Assembly (NCBI RefSeq): GCF_902652985.1
Contig: NC_047017.1
Span: 23,684,001 to 23,748,000 of the forward strand
Source of the DNA: Pecten maximus
Lineage: Eukaryota
Direction of reading: 5' to 3'
DNA length: 64,000 bases
Shown: piece after piece, positions 11,839 through 24,226 of the stretch
Layout of the letters: each line of letters starts with the position of its first letter
Numbering within the stretch: position 1 is the first letter of the stretch
Program-made: the position numbers and the translations under genes
The notes under the pieces: generated by a model
What the model was told of the DNA's origin: nothing
Database searches by the model: none
The model's input: the letters and a program-made list of their open reading frames with translations, nothing else

Positions 11839-14800
11839 AAAGACTCGCTGACTGGCATACTGATCACACCAGTAATTATAGGTATACTCTTCCCTTCTTT
11901 CAATACAAATACCTGGAGGAGAAAAAATAAGTGGGATTATAATACATTACAAAAATAGCAAACAAAAAAGGATTTTACTAAAGTTTAGGTACATTCTGGA
12001 CTACTATAGATACAATTGAGAATGAACTTAAATGAATCAATATTCAATTTTAAATGAAAAATGGCAACAACAAAAATTATATGATGGATGACATTCGGAA
12101 TTAATTTGACAGTAAATATTTGACTTTAAATGAAAAACGGCAAAAAAAAATTATATGATGGATGACATTAGGAATTAATTTGACAGTAAATATTTGACAG
12201 AGTATAGAGGTCCACAGCCAGAGTTCAGAAGGCCCTAAATTAAACTTGACAGTGACCTTAAAAATGACCTACTGTACTTACCTTCAAATTATCAGATACT
12301 CCTTTGTCATTCAAACATTCTACAAACGTCTCGAAGGCGTAGCTAAGGCCAGGCACAAGCATGGGCACCTGTTACAGTAAACACATACATAATCAAAAAC
12401 CAAAACTTCTACCTCATCATGTAGTGATAGGTTAACTTACAGTTCTGATGGTATGAATTTAAACCTAGGGCAAGATATCACAGGACTTACATTGGCAGTA
12501 GACAAAATATTGTGCTTGATCAACAAATCATTTCACAACTGAAGACTTGAAAGCTGCACTATCAAGAAAAAAAAGAATTCTGCGCTTCTCTTTCACCTTC
12601 CTCAAGGAATACATGACACAATCATAATGAAAAAACAAGATATCACCACAACAAATGTCAATTTATAATACAGCTATTTTTGCTAAATCTAAAAACACAC
12701 TAGATATGTGATTAAGTGTTGTCATTTATATATGAATCAAGTGCATTGAAACTAGACAGTAATTGGATTGAAGCCTTGTACCAGAAGGAAGATCTAAATA
12801 CCATCTAGTTAGTATAACTGTGGTACCTCTATGATATCTTGTTTGACTCACTAACATATACTCTCGGTATAACTGCGGTACCTCTATGATATCTTGTTTG
12901 ATTGACTCACTAACATATACTCTCAGTATAACTGTGGTACCTCTATGGTATCTTGTTTGACTCACTAACATATACTCTTGGTATAACTGTGGTACCTCTA
13001 TGGTATCTTGTTTGATTGACTCACTAACATATACTCTCGGTATAACTGTGGTACCTCTATGATATCTTGTTTGACTCACTAACATATACTCTCAGTATAA
13101 CTGCGGTACCTCTATGGTATCTTGTTTGACTCACTAACATATACTCTCAGTTTAACTGCAGTACCTCTATGATATCTTGTTTGATTGACTCACTAACATA
13201 TACTCTCGGTATAACTGTGATATCTCTATGGTATCTTGTTTGACTCACTAACATATACTCTCGGTATAACTGCGGTACCTCTATGATATCTTGTTTGATT
13301 GACTCACTAACATATACTCTCAGTATAACTGTGGTACCTCTATGATATCTTGATTGACTCACTAACATATACTCTCGGTATAACTGTGGTACCTCTATGG
13401 TATCTTGTTTGATTGACTCACTAACATATACTCTCGGTATAATTGTGGTACCTCTATGGTATCTTGTTTGACTCACTAACATATACTCTCAGTATAACTG
13501 CGGTACCTCTATGATATCTTGTTTGACTCACTAACATATACTCTCGGTATAACTGTGGTACCTCTATGATATCTTGTTTGACTCACTAACATATACTCTC
13601 GGTATAACTGCGGTACCTCTATGATATCTTATTTGACTCACTAACATATACTCTCAGTATAACTGCGGTACCTCTATGAGTGACTTCTTCAGTGTATACA
13701 GTCTGTCATCGTACTGGAAGGTGATGAGGAGGTTGGTGGACGGATGACTTAGGGACGTATTTTGTAAATTAACTGTTAATTTAAATGTAGGACCAATCCC
13801 TTGAACCTTCAATCAAAAACAAACATCAGATAAAAAATCTCTGTAACACAATGAAGAACAATGAGTACATAATAAAACTTGTTATCGGTAGTTCTGGCAA
13901 ACTCCAATATTAACATAATAATCAAACAACATTGATATAATATTGTTGTTACAAGCCTGTAAATTACTGAGCTTTCTGATGAACATTTACAGATAAAACT
14001 CCTGTTGAGGATGATAGTAACCTACATTGCTGCTGTTATTTAAAGGGAGATCTTTTCAAGCTATAAATTTGCTAAAAACTTTGCAAAATGTGATGTTATC
14101 TTCTGACAATTCTAACATTATTTTCCAGCTTTTACATTCATAACGTAAAGCATATCTAAAGATACGATTTATTGAAATCTCAATCGACTATGTGTGATAC
14201 AACTGAACACAAAACTGTAGAAATGTGTACTATCAGGGATGTTTACCTGGGCGTTGAGTTTCAGGGGTTCCGTGGGGTCTGCTGATACTGGATTCATACT
14301 GTTCTCCAGGGACTTGACGTACTCCCGCGCTGTATTTAACCGCAGGAGGTAAAGGTCTCTCTGGAATGTCCTGTGCATTGCTGAGCAAAAAGTCTTTGGT
14401 TAGAACAGGGGGGGGGGGGGGGGGGGGGGGATATAGGATTTGATATTTAAGTCAGTTTCCAAAATTTACATGGTCAAATATTCTGCCACTAAGTTTGGTT
14501 TATAATCATTCAGTTACCAGTGTCGTACATCTGCTAACAGATTAAAATATGATTGTGTACCTGGTAATAGATATGAAAAGATGACATAAAAATTAAGATT
14601 TGTTAATACCTATATGTCCAACTACTTTTACATTGTACTATCAAATAACTGCAAATGTACCATTGAAGCATAGAATCTTACATGGGTCTGTTCTGTGGAC
14701 ATGGATATCTCAACCCGAGTGTAAGAGTTTGGCTGGTCAACATGAGGCTTGCTGAGTGCTGGTAACCTTAACCTCTTGCACAGTGGTGAGATATCCCTGT

Positions 14801-17800
14801 CTAAGGAATATACCCATGTCTGATTATTTTCTCACATACTGAAAATGTCATCCATCCTCTAGTCCATTCTTTACGAGGTATAAACCAAGACACACTTACT
14901 GACAGCGTTATCACGCTCTCTCATCGTCTGATCCACGAACAGCTTGGTCTTCTTTGGTACGTTGAGTCTTGTATTCTGGGCTACAGGAGGTCCAGCTGAT
15001 ATATCCTTCTCCTCAAACGTGGCATTTCTACGGAGGATCTTCAGCACCAGTCCTCCACCTGTACAACAGTTTATTATTGTTTATACTTTAAATGTACATG
15101 TACTCATCTTGGCATATTAAAATTTTAGCTTATCATCATATCTTCACGATGATGAATTGATGCATGCATCCTTGGTTTTTGCTTTAGAGTCAGTATATAG
15201 AAACTTATTATCACAGTAGTACCAGGTATTGTAGCGCAATGCTTCTAATGCGAAAAGTGTGAAAATAATATTACTCCTAAAATATGTAAACATACAGTAA
15301 ATATATTCTTAAATTTAGTTTTGTTTTTATGTGGTGGATGAATGATGTTATCAGTATTCATACAAGAGAACATACATACAGAACCAGAAATAAGGTTATT
15401 ATTGTATTCAGTTAAATTCCCAACTATAAGCTAAATCTTTACCTGAAAGATCATGTTAATGTTAAATAACTACTGATAATGATAAAGAATAAAATACATG
15501 TAGTGATATAGAATGGACCCTAGGAGTTTCAATCTGTGATTACAAACCTCTTGTGGTCATGACCAGTGTGCCGTCCTCCCGACCAAAGCGGCCAAACTTA
15601 AGTCCAGTGACCACGTCATCAGTACTGATTACATTAACTAGGTACTTCTCCTTGTAGATGTGGACCTTACAGTTGTTGAGAGCCACAATGACCGCCTTAA
15701 ACCCACGCGATTTGTAATCCATTGTTTCCATGGTCGTAATTGCGGCTGGCATCTTTACTGTCCACAACTTTTTACCCTGATGGAAAGCAAAAAGGAGAAA
15801 AGTGGGGTTATGTCAATGTTAACAGAATTTTTCTAACACTGAAATCTAAATTGTCACAAATATTTATATCAAAGTAAAAGGGAAAACAGAGAACACTTGG
15901 ACTTAATTACCTTTGTATAGATGAAAGGTAAGAAGCTACACTTTATCAACCGAGAGGTCAGGAACATATAGATTTACCTTTTATATAAACTTTACTTCAT
16001 TGAGAATTAAGTTCATAACAACACATATTACAGTACAAATGAATAGGATCCAGAAATAAGATGTAGCAACTTATATCAATCTGTTTCCTGAAACTTACCT
16101 TTGAAGTGTAACAGTGAACCATTTCATCCATTGTGCCGACATAAATAGTCTTGTTAATTCGTTCCAGGCCAACTGGCTGTGAATTCAATTCTATACAGTT
16201 CTTTGACACATCTGACGTCCCCCTGTTACACAAATATATAATTCATATTAAAATATCTTACTTTAGTCTCCATGCCTTCTGATGATGTGACCTGTGTATT
16301 AGGGTACCGACTGACCCTGTTACACAAGGAGACTAGAATGTTAAACAAACTTACTTTAATGCCTGTATCTCAGTAGTGTACATAGTAGTAATTGAGGTTC
16401 GTGAAATTTAGTTCTACAATAAATTATTTGTATTTTCAACTTTTTTTCAGTGTTGGATTTCAATGAAAAAGAAATACACCAGTATCTAGAGTTTCCTGTA
16501 CAAAATGTGCATGACACTAAAAGAAATAAAAATTAACAACAAAACCAAATTTCCCACAGCACTGTATTCCTTGACATATGAAATTTGTATTGCCAAAATC
16601 ATGTTGCATAATTTCATGTCGTAAATAAATTTTGATTTCTCTAATGGCAGCAGAAATTAATGAAATATTATGAAAAGAAACATTAAACCAATATCTTTCA
16701 GCATGAAATGTTTTGCCAAAATTGGCCTATCAACAAAATCAGGTAAATCCATTAATAGAAGGGTTGTATTGTAAGATCATACAGTATAGAATTAAAGTTT
16801 GCAAACTCAATTTTGTCATACTTCTGTAGTACTGTAGTATCTAGCGATTCATTTGAAAATGTCACTACAACTTCTAAACCATGTATATCAACATGAAGTA
16901 ATTTGTACTTTATTTGAATGTAAACAGTCATAAAATTTTCTTTCATCCAAATCCATGGATATTGAACATGAACATAGAGTACCTCTTGAGAGTGTAGATA
17001 CAGCCATTACGACATGCCACTACGATCCTGTACTCCACATCATACAGGCCAGTAACACTGAGGAACACAGGTACACTGGGCAGGTCAATCTACAAGATAA
17101 ACTTATCTATATATAGTATCCACCAATGGCTAAACTGGTCAGTCTACAAGATAAACTTGTCTATATATATCATCATCCAGTGGCTAAACATTTTGGCATG
17201 GAAATAAAAATTTGTGAAATATTAGAACAAATTTCTGGAGGAAAACTTCCTCTCAAGACCCACAGTGTCATTGTTGACCATAAAATTTAATCAATTGTCA
17301 AATACAGTTATACTATCATGATTGTGACCTCAGTGACTTAATGTGGTCATATGTATGACCTTTATCAATGGCAGAACACAGTTGTATGATTGTCACTGAC
17401 TTACATGTATACTGATCATGAGGTCAGGTGTGTGAACTTGATTAAGTGACTTTGACCTTTGTGACCTATACTGTACGAGGTCAGGTGTGGTTTCAAATAG
17501 AATATTTTAATGACCTGGACTAAAGCATTTTTTAACATAAACCCTAGATAATCTACACTTTGCTGTAGCAGACTTCATTTAAGAGCTAATACCTGGCTGA
17601 ACATGTGTAAGAGATATCTACTGAAAAATTATTGGAGAGTTAATTTAATATAGTTATTGACCTTCTTTATTTAGTCTTGTCAGTTATTTTATTTTCATGA
17701 ATTTAACTCTTGTGTATTAAAGATATATTCATATGAAATAGAATGTCCTGCCTAATGATATGTTACTTACTGTAGTGAGGACAGTGAAGGCCTCAGGATC

Positions 17801-20800
17801 CAGAACATACACAGCCTTGTTCTCTGTACCCAGGACCAAGCAGCAAATGGCATCCTCATCTGCCATGGACTTCTTCATGGTGCTCAAACAGCTGATGACG
17901 GTCTGAAGGAGTATCATTTTATTGAAACATTACAATCATTGGTTAGCATATGGTTATTTTTCATATCAACTATTATCTGAAGTTTGACACTGCCATCTAC
18001 TAGCTAGATTTTTCTCATACCACAGAGACTGTTTTCAGTCAAAATTTAATATTAAAATTATTTGGAATGCAAAGAATGGTTTGGTTTATGGTTCAATTGG
18101 TTTAACGTCCTGTTAACAGCCAGGGTCACTTAAGGGCGTGCCAGGTTTTTGAGGTGGAGGAAAGCCAGAGTACCTGGAGAAAAACCATCAGCCTACGGTC
18201 AATACCTGGCAAAGAATGGAACAAATATCTGATACACATTTCAACAAATTTTATCTCAATTTAGATGTCATTTAGATTTAGATGTTGTAGCCTCTGTGGA
18301 CTTGCCTGTCTCCTCATTGGCATGTGTTTATACAGATTGGCAAATGCTTCCATGTCACCAATGTCTGTCATCTGGAGGAACCGGAGTGACCGCACCGTCA
18401 ACACTGTACCCTCCGCTCTGTAAAAAGAAATTGTTTATGCTTACAGACCTGGGATGTTAGTTGATACTTCAGTTGAAGTAACAGGAATTCAAAGCAATGC
18501 TACACAAGGAGAAAAAGTAAGGTTTTTATGATGGTTCATGATAGGACGGAATGCTACAGACATGGGTAACACTATATGGCCCCTCCCATATGGCGGGGGC
18601 ATAACAAAGGGAGATAACAGTATATTTTTGAAATAAATAACCAGGAAATTAAATTTATAAATCAAGCATTTTACATATCTTCACTTTGACAGTTTTAAAA
18701 CAACAAACAAGAGTTTGCTCCTCTTGTCATATTTTTTCTGATTATACATATACATGTTTATATGAATGTTTCTTACATAAATTTAAATCATTGCAAAGAG
18801 TTATCATGTCAAATTGTTTGGAAAAAATGAAAGATTTTAACATTACTCTTATATTACTACCAAACAACAGACTTCAATGTTAAATATACTTACCTCATAC
18901 CCTCAAGCATTTCTCTCAAAACAAAAACATTGATTTTTTCCTGAAATCAAAAAAAGAAAATATTTTGTAGCACAGGTTATAAAGTTAGAATTTTATGGAT
19001 ACATGTACAGGATATTACGATAGTTAAATTTACCATTTAGTCTTTGACCCCCACTGTGATCTTCAATGTAAATACATATGTGGTCATAATATATGGACAG
19101 TGGACAATGCGCCATGGTTATTCCTATTATCTATAATATATTGATATTTGACTTTATATTAAGTTAAGTTAATTTAACCACTTCACATTTGACAAGGTTC
19201 TTCATAAAAGTAAAATTTGGTACTCCTTTTATATGAACAGTAAGAAAATTCATACAAAAATATTGAGGAAAAGTATTTTTTTCTTGCTGTTACTAAAGGA
19301 ATAATCTTAGGAGCTTCAGAACGGGCCTTGACCTTGAGAGTACAGATATATCAATTTGTGAACTTTCATGGAAAACCTGGTATTCTATTAGGGAGATATG
19401 GACAATATCAGGAGACAAAATGAAAGGAGAGTATCCATTTAGTATGTGCATTCCCCCTGTTAACATAACCCAACAGGCTTCACTATGTAATGATTGGAAT
19501 TAATGAACATTTTTAGCAATAAAATCTAACCTCCTTGACCTGTGTCCAGAGGTCCAGTTCCACAGTGTTTACATCCAATGTAGGCAATGTGAATTTGAAG
19601 TAAGGCCTCAAATTTTTGTAGATGTAAATATAGGGGCCAGATGCAACAGCTATAGCTGGAAATTAAAGAAAAACAGTATCACACACATATCAGTGTATAT
19701 GTATATCTGATATTATGTCTCAGAATTATGATTTCACTGAATTCACTAAAGCAAAACTATCACATTCACTCTTACCACTGTCAATGTAGATTAAGAACAA
19801 ACTTTGGTAAAGGTGAACCATTTATAATGTAAAAGTGTACAACTTTGTTTGCTGAGGTAGTGGACATCAAATTTTGTTAATGTTTTAGACTAGTTGTACA
19901 CAAATATCCAGAACAGTTTTTCCTCAAATGCAATTCCCATTTGTAGCGTAAGTCAGATAACAAGATAAATCCCTGGAGACAAATTCTAAACAGTAAGTAC
20001 ATCTCATGATCTGTATGGTAGGTGTAATGGATAGACAATTTGCTATCATAGAACTAGCTGTTTTTGACAATCTGCTGTTGTTAGGGTTCAGTATAAGAGA
20101 TGAATACCTGGTGTTACATCAATTGTAACTTAATAACTGTTTATCTTTGATCTAAACACTGATATAAGTACCTGGCATCCTTGGTTCCAGGATATCCATG
20201 TAGAATGTCACAACCCCAGTGGGCAGGTCAATAATGGCATTTTCACTCATCAAGTTTGTTCCTTAAGAATATAAGTGCATATATTTTTTTAACATGTAAC
20301 AGCATAATAGGTTTTAATTTGAAACAATGTGAATGTCTTTCCAACAACAAAACAAGAGTTACATGCATTATTTCCCGAAGTTAATAATATGCACATTATG
20401 CGATACATATTTATAAGATTTCTTTTATCTTGTTTTTAATTTTCACCTTAAGTATTGATAATCACCTTTATAAACTTTGAGTTTCATGTCGTAAGATCCT
20501 GTACCAAGATCAGCAATCACCAGTTTCCAGTCCCCGTCGGCCTGTATGTCTGACAATGCCACACACTGTGTCAGGGTATATAGGGATGCAACAGGGTCGT
20601 GGTATGCATCCAGCCATTTCTCAGCACCCGGTCTGTATAAAAGATCAATGAAATACCTTATAAAACAGGATTTGTACAAAACTGCTGGTGAAATCCATGG
20701 ATTGACTTAAATCAAATTAAAATCCTGTATGTATTTATTGTAGGCTTGCAATTCTGAACATAACATCTTCCCTTCCCCACACATGGAAATTTAAACAAGT

Positions 20801-23063
20801 TGGCGAGCATACATGTAAGTCATTCTTTGACAGATCTAGTACTGTGACCACTCAGAATGTAAGTAACAGGAGACTAAGAAGATTTGTTGGAGCAAAGACC
20901 ATTAATTTTGGTTATTGAGGCAAAGTGAAGACTTTATGGGGGAGATATACATAGAGTAGAAGTTTTCGCTGAGTGTTAGGCATACATATGATAGCTTCTT
21001 TCTATAAATTAAAGGTATACCTGTATTACGATATGATATTATAATTGATGCAAACGGAACATATGCCTCTGTAATCATGTCTAAATTAAGATAATAAAGT
21101 TTATCATTAGTACATGTATTTCATTCCGAAAAGTTAAGCTCACAATAATCCTTCTGGTTAAAATGGCATGAGATTGTTTTAAAATAATATCTTTAAAGTG
21201 TAATATATTGATAAAAAAGTAGGAAGGAAAAAAAACAGTTTTTTCTTTTAACTGACATATCTAAAAGGAATATACACAATTTTCCTCTTTCAGGGAGGTC
21301 CATTGACTCAATATACATATTCATCTGTTTTTAAATTTGCTTTCCTCTTCGCCTCTTTTTGTAATTTCTTTCATATCTGGTGTTCTTGGAAATTTTCTTT
21401 TTAATAAAATCTGAATAGTTGACAGATTAGAATAGGTCAGTTTCCCTCTGTGGCTGTGTTTGTATCTGGTTTCTTTCCCATTCTTATAAATTTTTCGAGC
21501 CATTTTTTTCATCTGTGCTTTGCTAATCAAATATCTTTAACAACTCTTCTAATACTTTGGTGTCCACACCCAATCTCCCATCCTTTTTTCTTCCATCATG
21601 ATCAGATTGTTTTAGAACTCCAAACAGCACATAAGATTGTTTTCTTTTTGTTTCCTTCTCTTAATTGTTTGTGGTTAGATGTCAAAACATTATCTAGTAT
21701 TATGGTATCTTTTACTTCCAACATTTCGCATCTTCATAATTTTATCATTTAAGGTTCATGACCAGACCTCCAGTAAATATCATTTGCTATTGAAATAGTT
21801 TGTACAAACACCAGGGTGTTTGCGAGATTAGCTATGGTTTTACCTGTGTTTCTTTTGAAAATGGAACACTCTTGTATTCACAAATGCCTACCAACTCTTC
21901 CTAATAAACCAAATTATTGGTTCGTTCATTGCGATAATAAGTAGAAACTTCAGAAAAATCTATCTCAAAACAGGTAACAGGTACGAAATTATACTTTTCT
22001 ATGGATAACCATATGGCATTTACAAAGGTACTCCTATGCTTGAAATCTAAAAATACATCTTAGTGTTTGACTTTCAGTGTTGCAAACTCACCTACCCTAT
22101 GTATCAACAGACCAATTCAGAGGGGGTAGGTACACGTGTCAATGATTTCTTGGTATCTATAATCAATACTCAGGTAAAATATTGATAGCAGTACCTTTCA
22201 GACAAATTGATAAACAAGTTGTCTTATTTATATAATGATGCTAGTTCCAGAAATGGCTCTGGATTTTTTTGAAAGGAAATAAATTTTGCCATTGGATTTG
22301 CTAATATTGGGCAATGTATAGGTGAAATACATAGATGGTATGTCCTTGGATTGTAAAAGTGCAAGGTAACCTGGGGTCCATTGCGGGTACAACATATATT
22401 TTCAATGGAATCTTACGTAACAACGTGTTTCAGTTTCGTTAAATACCCAATGCAGTACCTCACCAGCAAAACCTGTTTGGAAGTCGGAAAGGTGTCTGCG
22501 GTCAAGCATGACGGTGTTACAATAGGATTCACTGAGAGTGTTGTCTCAAATAGCCCTGGGCATATACGACCAGGTGTGATTACCGTAGTCGCTTCGTAAG
22601 AAGCCCTGGGTTTACAGGTAAAATAAATCTGAACGGAGATTTTATGTCAGAAGTGTGGACATGTACCTTAATGGATTTATATGGAGGCCTGAACACCACA
22701 TCGTGTTAGAAAATGATTATCACTGTAAATGCAATTTGAAGCCCCCCCCCCCCCCCCCCCCTGTTTTGCCCCACATCTTACTGTATATATAGTGTATAGC
22801 CCACAAGTTGTGCCAGTAAAATGATTCTGTTTATACAATACTATGCTCCTCAAACAATTGCAGTTCAATATCCCTGTGGTAAAATATATACATATTCGTG
22901 CATGTGGGTTCCTTGTACCATTTCAAAACCATTTAAAATTGACAGTTTGAGGGGGTTCCAACCAACATTTATTCTAGTTACTAGTGTACATTTTACCAGT
23001 CTAACCAAATCCATTCCCTTACTTAGTCTTTTCAACGGTTTGATCGGGCTGTTCTTCACTCAT
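11826..23063 (-). CDS. BBS1: Bardet-Biedl syndrome 1 protein (BBSome subunit), 15 coding exons, ~591 aa
   Basis: Exons (minus): 23063-23023, 20632-20466, 20261-20172, 19655-19531, 18940-18894, 18417-18306, 17902-17771, 17089-16983, 16222-16099, 15776-15548, 15058-14900, 14380-14247, 13806-13672, 12368-12282, 11912-11826 (1776 nt, in frame). Peptides [93 protein letters not shown] match BBS1. Confidence 0.97.
12048..12198. repeat. ~76-bp intronic tandem duplication
   Basis: TTAAATGAAAAA..GGCAA...ATTATATGATGGATGACATT.GGAATTAATTTGACAGTAAATATTTGAC twice. Confidence 0.85.
12811..13679. repeat. 55/59-bp minisatellite (~15 copies) containing the BBS1 exon-13 donor site
   Basis: Unit ACTCACTAACATATACTCTCGGTATAACTGTGGTACCTCTATGATATCTTGTTTG(ATTG); minus strand reads CATAGAG|GTACC like the real junction at 13672/13671. 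Confidence 0.95.
17083..17189. repeat. ~54-bp duplication spanning the BBS1 exon-8 acceptor
   Basis: GGTCAATCTACAAGATAAACTT...TGGCTAAAC (17083-) and GGTCAGTCTACAAGATAAACTT...TGGCTAAAC (17137-); minus strand cttgtag|ATTGACC vs cttgtag|ACTGACC. Confidence 0.85.
18080..18208 (-). mobile_element. 5'-truncated SINE (Meta/V-type domain plus tail) in BBS1 intron 6
   Basis: Minus strand GGTTTTTCTCCAGGTACTCTGGCTTTCCTCCACC...GACCCTGGCTGTTAACAGGACGTTAAACC; flanking direct repeat GCAAAGAATGG at ~18069 and ~18209. Confidence 0.75.
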
Positions 23064-23440
23064 CGTGCTAAATGAGCTTGATGTATCGAGTCAGCAGTGT
23101 ATTTTGCGGACAGAGCCTCAGTAGCGAATGTAAACATTCCTTGCGACCGGAAATAGGGATTTTTATTTCAAGCTCCGAAGATACGTTTGACAAAAAAACT
23201 ATACATATTACTTTCAAAAATATAAATTATAGCAGATTGTTTTTGTGAGATATTTTGAAATGTTATAAAAGATGTTTTAATATTAAATTTTTAATTCGTG
23301 AATAAAACTCCGTTGAAATCTGCGGTCCTGCTATTTTCCCGCCAAATTCTAAATTATTTTAGATCGTAAACGACACTACTATTATACCTCAAATTATGAA
23401 AGATGGAAAGTGGTTCCTACAGCTAAATGATATAATTTAA
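23064..23440. promoter_or_regulatory. Bidirectional BBS1/MUS81 promoter region with a probable MUS81 non-coding first exon
   Basis: Head-to-head genes; CpG-containing segment; canonical E2F site TTTTCCCGCCAAA at ~23334-23346, forkhead-type TGTAAACA at ~23129, ETS-type ACCGGAAAT at ~23146; donor TTAA|GTGAGT at 23440/23441 and acceptor gctgtag| at 24196/24197 just upstream of the MUS81 ATG. Confidence 0.6.
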
Positions 23441-24226
23441 GTGAGTTTACAATACATTCACAGTTACGTATATACTGATTTTAATTGTGATAGCATGCAC
23501 AAATGTGTCCTTATTATGGAGTCACTCGACAAGCATCTTACTGACTGGCCAAACTCTTACACTGACGGATTGAGACTCATGTTAGATTCTATTATCATGC
23601 ATCTGACAGATGATTGGGTATGGCCCACATCTGCAGGTGGACTACTGTCAATAAAGAATAGCATACATCTTAGATAATTTGAATTTCGAAATTACAGCTG
23701 TTTGGAAACCTTATATAATAATTACTCTCGATCTATTCACAAAGAGAACAATTAAATCGCCCATGGTCAGCCCTCAATCAGAGACTTGGAATTATTGAAT
23801 GAAATGACCAGTGTTACTGAAAAAGTCTCTACAAGACATTGACAAACATATTTTTTTATGTTTTGTTCTGTGTCTGCATTAATATCAGCAGTTATATATG
23901 ATGAAGTATATTATAGTCAGTTACAAATATCAACTAATCTTATTAAAAACACGATAAAATAAGCAAAATATTGGATCACATTAATAAGAAAATCTATTTT
24001 TGAAAAATGTTGTTTTGTCTAGAGAAGTTTATTAGCTTTTATTGACAATCATTATAAGTCAAGTGTTTAATGTTTTGGGTCAAATATGTGCTTCCAATTA
24101 CATTTTAAATTTGTGTGTGATATATAGCTTTATATAATTATACTCTTGCACATACACCTACGTGATTACTATTTTATACTTGTTTTTATGCTGTAGCTCG
24201 ATATCAAATGTTGGGCTATCCCAAGT

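Noticed and set aside
12726-13482. ORFs of 119 aa and 111 aa on the minus strand
   Set aside because: Translation of the 55/59-bp intronic repeat.
21321-21752. K/R-rich and F-rich ORFs in BBS1 intron 1
   Set aside because: Compositional bias, multiple stops and no recognisable domain; at most a decayed TE fragment.
22457-22509. Alternative BBS1 first exon ([15 protein letters not shown])
   Set aside because: Its donors are phase 0 or 1, but exon 2 needs phase 2; 23063-23023 fits exactly.
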